A DNA stretch of 64,000 nt from Candidatus Poseidoniaceae archaeon (lineage in GTDB: Archaea; Thermoplasmatota; Poseidoniia; Poseidoniales; Poseidoniaceae), in assembly GCA_049616955.1 (NCBI GenBank), contig JBMZIJ010000005.1:4209-68208 (forward strand), written 5' to 3'. Shown here piece after piece: positions 1 through 8,574 of this stretch. Positions within the stretch are counted from its first letter, which is position 1. The number at the start of each line of letters is the position of its first letter. The notes under the pieces were generated by a model that saw nothing but the letters and a program-made list of their open reading frames with translations, ran no database searches and had not been told where the DNA came from. The position numbers were made by a program, and so were the translations under genes.

Positions 1-1
1 A

Positions 2-382
2 CTCTACCTCGGTGCTCCTGTTAACATCGGTGGCCGCCAAGGTTACCTCTCATTCCTTGCTGCTGGCCGTGCTCGTATCGACTACAACCACCCAATGGCT
101 GGAAAGACGCTCAAGTACAACTTCAAGATCGTGAAGGTCGTTGAAGGAAAGGAAGAGAAGGTTGCTGCACTCCTTGAATCGAACACCGGTCACTCCGACT
201 TCGGTGTCACCTTCGATGGTGACGATTTGAACATCGTCATCCCACAAACCATGCTCTTCGATACCAATGCGGCCATGATGAAGTTCCGTCTTGTGACCGT
301 TCTTCGAGACGCTGTCGATTGCGGCAAGGTTTCCTTCATTGAAGAACACGAGCCTCGTGTCATCGCAGAAGAAGAAGAGTGA
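2..382 (+). CDS. FKBP-type peptidyl-prolyl cis-trans isomerase, 3' part (5' end upstream of window)
   Basis: The frame of ORF 95..382 stays open to the window edge. The translation ...GRARIDYNHPMAGKTLKYNFKIVKV matches the conserved last strand of FKBP/SlyD-type PPIases (D-x-NHP-[LM]-AGK-x-L-x-F). A ~75-aa C-terminal domain follows, as in long archaeal FKBPs. Confidence 0.7.
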   Translation, partial: LYLGAPVNIGGRQGYLSFLAAGRARIDYNHPMAGKTLKYNFKIVKVVEGKEEKVAALLESNTGHSDFGVTFDGDDLNIVIPQTMLFDTNAAMMKFRLVTVLRDAVDCGKVSFIEEHEPRVIAEEEE

Positions 383-436
383 ATATAGAGGGAAGAGATA
401 TTTCCCAGACCCTTCTCGTCTGTACGAGGGCGTAGT

Positions 437-1819
437 ATGGCAACCATTGAGTCCATTGATGAAGTTCTCGCAACGCATCAACCTGCGCTCCCTTCAACAC
501 GATTGTCAATGGTTGAACAAACGTTGACTCGTTTGCTTCTCTTGCTCATCATTGGTGTGATCCTTGGCTTGGTCTTGATGCCACAGGCTGTTTGGGATGA
601 TGGATTGCGTCCGATTATCTGGGAGCCGATTCAACAAGATGCAGGTGCACAAGGTGATGCGGGATATTCGTATCAAAACACAGCGATCTACACCTTTGGG
701 CTCCTTGCATCCGTCGTGGTCTTTCAGGCACTGTTTCGTACGCTTCAATTGCCTGCTGACGACAAGATGATGATCGCTCTCATCGCGTGGGTATGCCTCG
801 CACCCATCTTCCGTGTCCTCGAGGATGCTGATTTCTTCCCATCTTCAATCGACTGGCTCCTTATCTCTCCAATCATCCATCTCCATTTGGCCACATGGCT
901 CATTGGCATTGGATTCGTTTCCCATCTTGTTGGAAAGAAGTGGGATGATGTTGGAGGAGATCTTGGAGAGTTGAACATTCGCATGCGCATCGTACCCTTG
1001 CTCTGTCTTGCGCTTCTTTTCATGTGGGCAATCTTGTTCCGACCAGGATATGCTGAGCACGATATGGGCTTGATTTGGGTCATTATAGGCCTCGGTATCG
1101 GCTTTGCGAGCCTGATTTTCGCCTTCCATTCAACTCGCAATTGGCCGACCATTACCCGTGGTCTTCTCGCCTTTGCTGTAGGTGCATGTTTCGTAGGTTT
1201 GGGGCATTGGGCTCAACTTGCCGCAACGCCATGGCTTCAGGAATCAGGACGCCTACCAAATGATGTAGTCTTCTGGCCGGCATTGATCGTCCTTGGTATT
1301 CCAGGAATCATCTGTGCTGCGTTGTACCGAATCGGTAAAGATGATGCTCGCCAAATCAAACTGACTGGCTTTGAAGCAGGCGTCCTCCCTGAGGGCATCA
1401 CCATCAAGTCCTGGGAGGCGGAAGAGAAGGTTGTTGCCAACCATCCTATCGAGCAGCTCTCAAACAAAGCACTGCTTGCAAGCCCCTTGGTGCTCGCCAT
1501 GGTCTTTGGCCAATTGTGCGATGGGTTTGCGACAATGGTCGGTATCGATTATTTCGGATATTCGGAAAAGCATCCGCTGAGTGATGCTGTGATTCAATAC
1601 GGCGGTGGAATTTCCGATAGCCTTGGTTGGGACGTTGAAGGCGCATGGCTGTTTGCCATTGTCAAAGCACTCTTGGTCGGGACGATTACCTACATCTTTG
1701 TCGAAATGCGTGTCGAAAACCGGCAGAAGCATCTTCGATTGTTGATTGTCCTTGCCGTTCTCATTGTCGGTCTTGCACCAGGTATTCGTGACATTGGCCG
1801 ATTGATGCTTGGTGTCTAA
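437..1819 (+). CDS. polytopic integral membrane protein, C-terminal region DUF63-like
   Basis: 460-aa ORF with a GAGGG box about 6 nt upstream of the ATG and many hydrophobic helices. The C-terminal [27 protein letters not shown] resembles archaeal DUF63 membrane proteins; this family call is from memory and needs an HMM check. Confidence 0.6.
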   Translation: MATIESIDEVLATHQPALPSTRLSMVEQTLTRLLLLLIIGVILGLVLMPQAVWDDGLRPIIWEPIQQDAGAQGDAGYSYQNTAIYTFGLLASVVVFQALFRTLQLPADDKMMIALIAWVCLAPIFRVLEDADFFPSSIDWLLISPIIHLHLATWLIGIGFVSHLVGKKWDDVGGDLGELNIRMRIVPLLCLALLFMWAILFRPGYAEHDMGLIWVIIGLGIGFASLIFAFHSTRNWPTITRGLLAFAVGACFVGLGHWAQLAATPWLQESGRLPNDVVFWPALIVLGIPGIICAALYRIGKDDARQIKLTGFEAGVLPEGITIKSWEAEEKVVANHPIEQLSNKALLASPLVLAMVFGQLCDGFATMVGIDYFGYSEKHPLSDAVIQYGGGISDSLGWDVEGAWLFAIVKALLVGTITYIFVEMRVENRQKHLRLLIVLAVLIVGLAPGIRDIGRLMLGV

Positions 1820-1872
1820 AGCCACGATGCCTTGAAGGCTTGAACCGAAGTGGTCGGCACAGGTGGAAGCAG

Positions 1873-3483
1873 ATGGATCGACTACCGACTCGAGTGAACA
1901 AAGCCGATCCAGATTATTCTGCTCGCCGAGAACACAATCTTGCTCTGATTGAAACGTTGCGTGAACGGCTTGAAATCGTCCAACAAGGCGGTGGTGAGAA
2001 GTACGTCGACCGGCACCGAAGTCGCAACAAAATGCTTGCACGTGAACGTATTGATCGCATCATCGATCCTGGTACTGCCTTCCTCGAACTTTCTCCATTA
2101 GCAGCCTACGACCTCTACGATGGGCGTGCACATTCTGCAGGCATCGTCACTGGTATCGGCTGTGTTCACGGCCGTGAAGTCCTCTTCGTTGCAAACGATG
2201 CAACGGTCAAAGGCGGCTCCTATTATCCAATGACGGTCAAGAAACACATTCGAGCGCAAACCGTTGCTCATGAGAATCATCTTCCATGTGTCTATCTCGT
2301 TGATTCTGGTGGGGCGTTTTTGCCCATGCAGGACGAAGTGTTCCCAGACATTGGGCACTTTGGGCGCATCTTCCGCAATCAAGCACGTATGTCTGGTGAC
2401 GGTATACCTCAGGTTGCAGCCGTTCTTGGCTCGTGCACTGCAGGCGGAGCATACGTTCCTGCCATGAGCGATGAGTCGATCATTGTCAAAGGCAATGGAA
2501 CCATTTTCCTTGCAGGGCCACCTTTGGTCAAAGCAGCCACTGGCGAAGTGGTTACCGCTGAGGATTTGGGTGGAGCAGAGGTTCACACGGTTCAATCCGG
2601 TGTCGCCGATCACTTCGCTGAAGACGAACCAGAAGCGCTTCGCATGGTTCGAAACGTTCTCGAGAACATCGGTCCGAGAGAACTTGCACCAGCAGAGATG
2701 CAAGAACCTGAACCTCCAGCCCACGATGTTGAAGACCTTCTCGGGTTGATTCCAAGCGACAATCGAACGCCGATCGATGTTCGCGAAATCATTGCTCGTA
2801 TCGTTGATGGTTCACGTTTCCATGAATTCAAATCACGTTATGGGACAACCTTGGTCTGTGGTTTCGCTCACATTCACGGTCATAAAGTCGGAATCGTCGC
2901 CAACAACGGTATTCTGTTCTCAGAGTCTTCACTCAAAGGCGCTCACTTTGTTGAGTTGTGTGGCCAACGAGGGATTCCGCTGGTTTTCCTTCAGAACATC
3001 ACTGGTTTCATGGTCGGTCAAGCCTACGAGGCTGGTGGTATTGCTAAGGATGGTGCAAAGCTTGTTACGGCCGTCTCCTGTGTGAACGTACCCAAGTTCA
3101 CCGTTATTGTCGGCGGTTCACATGGTGCAGGAAACTACGGTATGTGCGGCCGAGCCTACGATCCTCGCTTCCTTTTCATGTGGCCAAACAGTCGTATCTC
3201 AGTTATGGGCGGTCCACAAGCAGCGGACGTTCTAAGCACGGTCAAGCAAGATCAGCGAGAACGAGAAGGCAAGCCCCCTATGGAAGATGAAGAGTTGGAC
3301 AACTTCCGTGCACCAATTCTTGAGAAGTACGAGGTAGAGGGATCACCGTACTATTCAACAGCACGACTCTGGGACGATGGCATCATCGATCCAAGGGATA
3401 CACGAGATGTTCTCGGACTTTGTCTCGCCGCTTCGAGGAACGCACCTCTACCAGATGGCAAGTACGGAATATTTAGGATGTAA
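1873..3483 (+). CDS. 3-methylcrotonyl-CoA carboxylase beta (carboxyltransferase) subunit
   Basis: Near-collinear motif match to MCCC2-type carboxyltransferases: [87 protein letters not shown] at 1873 has an AGGTGGA box 5 nt upstream; the track's TTG at 1840 is an alternative start. Confidence 0.9.
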   Translation: MDRLPTRVNKADPDYSARREHNLALIETLRERLEIVQQGGGEKYVDRHRSRNKMLARERIDRIIDPGTAFLELSPLAAYDLYDGRAHSAGIVTGIGCVHGREVLFVANDATVKGGSYYPMTVKKHIRAQTVAHENHLPCVYLVDSGGAFLPMQDEVFPDIGHFGRIFRNQARMSGDGIPQVAAVLGSCTAGGAYVPAMSDESIIVKGNGTIFLAGPPLVKAATGEVVTAEDLGGAEVHTVQSGVADHFAEDEPEALRMVRNVLENIGPRELAPAEMQEPEPPAHDVEDLLGLIPSDNRTPIDVREIIARIVDGSRFHEFKSRYGTTLVCGFAHIHGHKVGIVANNGILFSESSLKGAHFVELCGQRGIPLVFLQNITGFMVGQAYEAGGIAKDGAKLVTAVSCVNVPKFTVIVGGSHGAGNYGMCGRAYDPRFLFMWPNSRISVMGGPQAADVLSTVKQDQREREGKPPMEDEELDNFRAPILEKYEVEGSPYYSTARLWDDGIIDPRDTRDVLGLCLAASRNAPLPDGKYGIFRM

Positions 3484-3513
3484 ATTCCAATTGGAAATTT
3501 GAAAATGCAATTG
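3482..3513. promoter_or_regulatory. near-palindromic operator/promoter-like motif AAATTCCAATTGGAAATTT plus a second CAATTG 20 nt downstream
   Basis: Sits in the 41-nt gap between the MCC beta stop and the crotonase ATG. Two CAATTG hexamers start at 3488 and 3508. A 24/27-identical copy with the same 20-nt spacing occurs at 52496-52522. Confidence 0.4.
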
Positions 3514-3524
3514 AGGTTTTTGAT

Positions 3525-4385
3525 ATGAAAACGATGGAGAATCCACCGCAAACGTCCTTGATTCAACTCACCATTGACGGCAGTTGTGCTCGAATCGAGT
3601 TGGCTCGTGAGGACAAGTTCAATGCTCTCAATGTTGACATGATTACAGAATTGATTGAGGTCTTCGAATGGACGAAAGATCGCAGTGCGGGGTACCTTGA
3701 TGCATTGGAAGATGCCAATGGCCAACCCTACCTTCGAACGCTCGTTCTTTCCGGTCGTGGTAAGCACTTCTGCGCTGGAGCTGACATCAACATGATGCGA
3801 GATGCAGGAGCCAACACGCCTGAAGAAAACAGAAAGGACAGTGAACGTCTCGACCGTCTCTTCAACGGACTTTGGTCACACCCTTGCTTTACGATCGGTG
3901 CCATCCAAGGTGTTGCCCTCGGTGGAGGAGCAGGTCTTATCGCTTGTTTGGATTATGTCGTTGCAACGCAAAATGTTCGTATCGCCCTCTCTGAAGGCAA
4001 ACTTGGCATTCTTCCTGCCGTCATTGGGCCGTACGTGTATCGACGTGTAGGTTCTGCAAACTTCCGACGGTTGGCAATGCAAGCCAGTCGAGTTCAGGCT
4101 GATGAAGCCCTCAGAATTGGTTTCATTGAACGCATTGTTGAGAACGTTGAAGCATTTGATGGCGAAATTGAGACAATCGTTGCAGAAGTTCTCACCACAG
4201 GCCCAAGTGCTGCGACGTTGGCAAAGGAACTGACGCTCGGATTCGACCGATGGAGCGAAGATGATGAATCACTACGTCGATGGACGCTTGATTTCACCAG
4301 TCGAATGCGAGGATCGAGAGAAGGCCAAGAGGGTCTCTCTTCGTTCCTTGAAAAGCGACCTGCGAATTGGAAACCCGAAGAGTGA
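3525..4385 (+). CDS. enoyl-CoA hydratase/isomerase family protein, probable methylglutaconyl-CoA hydratase
   Basis: Crotonase signatures LSGRGKHFCAGADINMM and GGGAGLIACLDYVVAT...SEGKLGILPA. GAGGT box 7 nt upstream of the ATG. Sits between the MCC beta and biotin carboxylase genes. Confidence 0.85.
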   Translation: MKTMENPPQTSLIQLTIDGSCARIELAREDKFNALNVDMITELIEVFEWTKDRSAGYLDALEDANGQPYLRTLVLSGRGKHFCAGADINMMRDAGANTPEENRKDSERLDRLFNGLWSHPCFTIGAIQGVALGGGAGLIACLDYVVATQNVRIALSEGKLGILPAVIGPYVYRRVGSANFRRLAMQASRVQADEALRIGFIERIVENVEAFDGEIETIVAEVLTTGPSAATLAKELTLGFDRWSEDDESLRRWTLDFTSRMRGSREGQEGLSSFLEKRPANWKPEE

Positions 4386-4394
4386 GGTGACAGG

Positions 4395-5900
4395 ATGATT
4401 CAGCGTGTACTGGTTGCGAACCGTGGCGAAATCGCCTGTCGCATCCTTCGTGCATGTCGAGAAGCCGGCCTCTCAAGCGTCGCCATCTATGCTCAAAACG
4501 ACCAGGAAGGCATGTTTCGAGAACTTGCTGACGAATCGGTTCTTCTTGAAGGCGATTCGATCGCAGAGACCTACCTCAATGGTGCAGCCATCATTCAAGC
4601 GGCCAAAGACACCGGTGCTGATGCGATCCACCCTGGATTTGGATTCCTTTCAGAGCGTGCAGAATTCGCACAAGCCGTCATGGATGCAGGTTTGAGCTGG
4701 ATTGGACCTTCACCTCAAGCCATTGAACAGATGGGCGATAAGATGTCAGCACGTCAAATCATGAAGGCCGCTGGTGTCCCAGTCATTCCCGGTGTTGAAA
4801 TCGAAGAGGAGGATGAAGCACTCGCTATGGAAGCCATTCGAAATGCAGCGAAGGAAACGGGCTACCCGCTCCTGTTGAAAGCGACTGCGGGTGGTGGAGG
4901 CAAAGGGATGCGGGTTGTCAACGCTCCAGATGAATTGGAGAACGGAGCCCAATCTGCACGACGTGAAGCCCTAGCAGCCTTCGGAGATGGCCGCGTTTAC
5001 GTTGAGAAACTCCTGATGAAATCAAAGCACGTTGAAGTGCAAGTTCTCGCTGATACTCATGGACGTTGCATTCACCTAGGTGAGCGAGAATGCAGTGTTC
5101 AGCGACGTCATCAAAAGGTCTTCGAGGAAGCGCCATGTTCGACCATGACCACCTCGTTGCGTGAACGTATGGGTCAGGCTGCGGTCGCAGCGGCGAATGC
5201 GGTTGACTACGTTGGGGCAGGAACGGTCGAATTCCTTCTTGCAGAGGATGAATCCTTCTATTTCCTCGAGATGAATACACGTATTCAGGTCGAGCATCCG
5301 GTTACAGAAATGGTCACAGGTGTCGATTTGGTTCGAGAACAACTGCGTATTGCGAATGGAGAACCGATGTCCGTTGATCATCTCAACATTCGAGGTCATT
5401 CGATCGAAGTCCGTCTTTACGCCGAGGATGCGACAAACAACTTCCTGCCTGCCATTGGACCGCTTGCAGTCTTCCGTCCGCCTACAGGTCCAGGAATACG
5501 CCTTGATACGGGTGTGCGTGAAGGTGACGAGGTAACACCACATTACGACCCAATGTTGGCGAAACTGATCGTCTTTGCTCCAACACGTGAAGAAGCATTG
5601 CAACGCATGCGTCGTGCTTTGGATGAATTCGTTGTTCTTGGAACAACAACGAACATCGGATTCTTACGAGACCTTTGTGACGTACCAGAGGTTGTTTCAG
5701 GCGATACGTATACTTCGATGATTGACGATCTCTACCCGAATGGATATCAGTTTACACCACATGAAGACGATCTTGATGTTGCTCTCATGACTGCAGCTGT
5801 TGCTGAAACAACAGGCATGCATCGAGCAACAGTTGTATCTTCTCAAGGTTCAGCCGGCGTTGCAAGTCCGTTCCAAACGCTCAACAGGAGGTATCCCTGA
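4395..5900 (+). CDS. biotin carboxylase subunit of acyl-CoA (methylcrotonyl-CoA) carboxylase
   Basis: N-terminus MIQRVLVANRGEIACRILRACREAG. ATP-grasp motifs GYPLLLKATAGGGGKGMRVV, ECSVQRRHQKVFEEAP and EMNTRIQVEHPVTE. GAGGTGA box upstream. Confidence 0.9.
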   Translation: MIQRVLVANRGEIACRILRACREAGLSSVAIYAQNDQEGMFRELADESVLLEGDSIAETYLNGAAIIQAAKDTGADAIHPGFGFLSERAEFAQAVMDAGLSWIGPSPQAIEQMGDKMSARQIMKAAGVPVIPGVEIEEEDEALAMEAIRNAAKETGYPLLLKATAGGGGKGMRVVNAPDELENGAQSARREALAAFGDGRVYVEKLLMKSKHVEVQVLADTHGRCIHLGERECSVQRRHQKVFEEAPCSTMTTSLRERMGQAAVAAANAVDYVGAGTVEFLLAEDESFYFLEMNTRIQVEHPVTEMVTGVDLVREQLRIANGEPMSVDHLNIRGHSIEVRLYAEDATNNFLPAIGPLAVFRPPTGPGIRLDTGVREGDEVTPHYDPMLAKLIVFAPTREEALQRMRRALDEFVVLGTTTNIGFLRDLCDVPEVVSGDTYTSMIDDLYPNGYQFTPHEDDLDVALMTAAVAETTGMHRATVVSSQGSAGVASPFQTLNRRYP

Positions 5901-6367
5901 TGCAGCATGAATTCCGCTATGGTGGAGAGACGTACGATGTACTACTCGAGCGTACGCCGAAGATCTGGACGTTTGCGAACCATTGTGCACATCCTCGCGA
6001 AGATGGACGTATTCGCATCTATTTCGAAGACGGAACCAAGACATGGGCACATGTTGCCAAAGTTGGTGACGTTTGGTGGGTTCACCACTCGGGTCGAATC
6101 TTCACATTGGAACGCATCGAAGCAGGAGCAAGCAGCGATGAACATCAAGGAGGCTTGGTTGCACCAATGCCTGGCGTGGTTCTCGAAGTCCTCGTGACTG
6201 CAGGGCAATCCGTTGAAGCAGGCCAAACCCTGATGATTCTCGAAGCGATGAAAATGGAACATCGAATCGTTGCATCAGAAAGTGGTCTGGTCACATCGGT
6301 TCACTTCAATGCAGGCGACCGTGTTGAACAAGGAGCAAATCTCCTCGATGTGGAAGCAACTGAATGA
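5900..6367 (+). CDS. biotin carboxyl carrier (biotinyl domain) protein of the carboxylase
   Basis: Contains APMPGVVLEV...GQTLMILEAMKMEHRI, with the biotinyl-lysine AMKM motif. Its ATG overlaps the upstream TGA by 1 nt (TGATG). Confidence 0.85.
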   Translation: MQHEFRYGGETYDVLLERTPKIWTFANHCAHPREDGRIRIYFEDGTKTWAHVAKVGDVWWVHHSGRIFTLERIEAGASSDEHQGGLVAPMPGVVLEVLVTAGQSVEAGQTLMILEAMKMEHRIVASESGLVTSVHFNAGDRVEQGANLLDVEATE

Positions 6368-7228
6368 TTATCGCCAGCGACCATCTTCGATGATGGACTC
6401 ATCCTCAACTTCTCTAGCATAGACATACGTCCAAGCCCACACATGACCTTGTTCGGTTTCAACGCAGACAATGGTTCGATCAAACAACGAATCATGGCTA
6501 CCAAAACCAAGGAATCCTTCAATGGAATCCATACGCTCGAGGCACGCTTCTACACGATCCAATTCCATGAGTTGGCCATGAACCACCCCATCGCCCAATT
6601 TCATTCCAGGGTAGCCTCCAAGATGGTGAAGATGGCCTCGTACAGTTGCATCATGTTGGGAGAGGACATACGACTCGAGTTGATTGAAGCGCTTCTGGCC
6701 AGACATCAGGGTTCCATAGACAAAGAGATGATTGATGGTTGGGCTATCAAAGGCATGTTGCATAGCCATCTCAAGCCCTTTGACCGGTAATCCACGCTCT
6801 CGAAGCCCATTGTGAATCAATCCATGGTAGACCTCGGTTGGACGTTGAAAATCTGGTTTTATCCTTTCATCGCAAACAACGAACGTTATCGCTTCACGTA
6901 ATCGGCCATTGGAATCGATGACAAGCACGTCTTTTTCCTCGTAGTAGTTCGGAGCACCTTCTTTTGCGACGAGTGTTGACCAAGCATCAGGATCGACATC
7001 AAACAAAGCACCAGGCGTAGCGTGACAATCGTTGATTGGTACGACGTCCGCAGCTCCACCTTTACGCCCTCTGGAATGGTAGTGAAACTTGAGATGGTGG
7101 CCAACCAGCCAAGCACGCTCTCGTTCCTTCAGCCCATTTGGGTTCGCGTTGTTCTTCTCGCAATATTGAACCCAATCGTTCCAATCCAGATTCGATCCGT
7201 AACCAAAATACAGTCGATTTTGTGTCAT
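6368..7228 (-). CDS. tandem gamma-glutamylcyclotransferase-like (GGCT/AIG2-like) protein
   Basis: Two copies of the family's N-terminal signature: LYFGYGSNLDWNDW at residue 6 and LFVYGTLMSGQKRF at about residue 176. An AT-rich TTAATAAG box lies about 40 nt upstream of the ATG. Confidence 0.7.
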   Translation of the reverse strand: MTQNRLYFGYGSNLDWNDWVQYCEKNNANPNGLKERERAWLVGHHLKFHYHSRGRKGGAADVVPINDCHATPGALFDVDPDAWSTLVAKEGAPNYYEEKDVLVIDSNGRLREAITFVVCDERIKPDFQRPTEVYHGLIHNGLRERGLPVKGLEMAMQHAFDSPTINHLFVYGTLMSGQKRFNQLESYVLSQHDATVRGHLHHLGGYPGMKLGDGVVHGQLMELDRVEACLERMDSIEGFLGFGSHDSLFDRTIVCVETEQGHVWAWTYVYAREVEDESIIEDGRWR

Positions 7229-7273
7229 CTTGTCCCGCTCCTAAGAGCAGTACTTGTTTAGTACTTATTAACA

Positions 7274-8563
7274 CTACCATTGACAAGGTTCGAGAATCTC
7301 TTGGCCTTGCATATAGGATTGCAACACATCTGGAATACGAACACGACCATCCTCGAGTTGATTTTGCTCGATAATGGCTACGAGGGCACGTGATGTTGCT
7401 ACAGCGGTAGAATTGAGTGTGTGTACCATCGGTTGGTTTGGATGGCCAGGTGTGCCGTATCGAATCTCAAGACGGTTCGCTTGGTAATCCGTACAGTTGG
7501 AACACGATACGATTTCTTTGAATGCGTTCGCTCCAGGCAACCATGCTTCAAGATCGTACTTTCGCGCTGCTACTGTACCCATGTCGCCCGTGCAGATGTT
7601 GACCACTTCGTAATGCAAGCCGAGTGCATCCCAAAGATCAACACAATTCTGCAACAATTCTTCGTGCAGTTCCCAAGAGGTTTCAGGTGTTGCGATGATG
7701 ATTTGTTCGACCTTCGTGAATTGATGGACGCGCCAAATACCACGGTCGGATTGACCATGGGCACCAACCTCTCGGCGGAAGCATGAGGAAACGCCAACAA
7801 TCTTCAGTGGAAGAAGCTCCTCAGGAATGGTTTCTTGCATGTACATCGCAGTCAGTGGATGCTCAGATGTTGCAATCATGTAGTAACCATCTGGGTCGAT
7901 ACCATACATCACCGTCTCAAAGTCCGACAAATCCGTGACGCCTTCGTAGGCAGCACGGTTCATCATGACCGGTGGCTGCACGAAGGTGAAGCCACGTTGT
8001 TGAATGAAATCAACTGCATAGGATTGCAAGGCCATTTCGAGTCGTGCTAAATCACCTTTGAGGAAATAGAATCGGCTCCCAGTAATCTTTGCAGCACGTT
8101 CCAAATCGACCCACTTGTTTTCTTCGATCAACTCGTTGTGTGTTTTCGGTTCGAAGTCGAACGATGGTTTCTCACCGTGGAGAGAATGCTTGGTATTGCC
8201 CGATTCATCAGCACCAGAGGGAACATCTGGATGCAAAAGGTTTGGAATCGACATGCGAATTGAATCGCGTTCAGAAAGAAGAGCATCGGTCTTTGTCTCC
8301 ATCTCGGAGATTTGAGCACCTAGGTTGGCCACTTCGGAAAGAATTCGTTGCGCTTCTGCTTCATCACCTGATTTCTTCGCAGCACCTATTCCGCGTGCAG
8401 CTTCGTTCTTCTGACGTCGCAATTCATTGGTTTCACGTAACATCAGTTTCCATTCAGAATCAAGTGAAAGCACCTTGTCGATGTTGTCGTGAGGAATACC
8501 TCGACGATCGTGGTCGGCACGGATCTTGTCGACCTCTTCACGGAACACCTGCATATCCAACAT
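7274..8563 (-). CDS. serS: seryl-tRNA synthetase
   Basis: N-terminal coiled-coil arm, then class II motifs (FRREVGAHG..., GLHYEVVNICTGDMG, YDLEAWLPG). ATG at 8563 gives MLDMQVFREE and has GGTGAT 6 nt upstream; the track's TTG at 8569 is an alternative. Confidence 0.95.
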   Translation of the reverse strand: MLDMQVFREEVDKIRADHDRRGIPHDNIDKVLSLDSEWKLMLRETNELRRQKNEAARGIGAAKKSGDEAEAQRILSEVANLGAQISEMETKTDALLSERDSIRMSIPNLLHPDVPSGADESGNTKHSLHGEKPSFDFEPKTHNELIEENKWVDLERAAKITGSRFYFLKGDLARLEMALQSYAVDFIQQRGFTFVQPPVMMNRAAYEGVTDLSDFETVMYGIDPDGYYMIATSEHPLTAMYMQETIPEELLPLKIVGVSSCFRREVGAHGQSDRGIWRVHQFTKVEQIIIATPETSWELHEELLQNCVDLWDALGLHYEVVNICTGDMGTVAARKYDLEAWLPGANAFKEIVSCSNCTDYQANRLEIRYGTPGHPNQPMVHTLNSTAVATSRALVAIIEQNQLEDGRVRIPDVLQSYMQGQEILEPCQW

Positions 8564-8574
8564 TCTCAATCACC

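Noticed and set aside
5897-5902. BC/BCCP junction as a frameshifted pseudogene
   Set aside because: The junction is a clean TGATG stop/start overlap of the kind seen at several other gene pairs here, and both parts have intact motifs. A split gene is as likely as an error, so it is kept as two CDSs and flagged in the findings.
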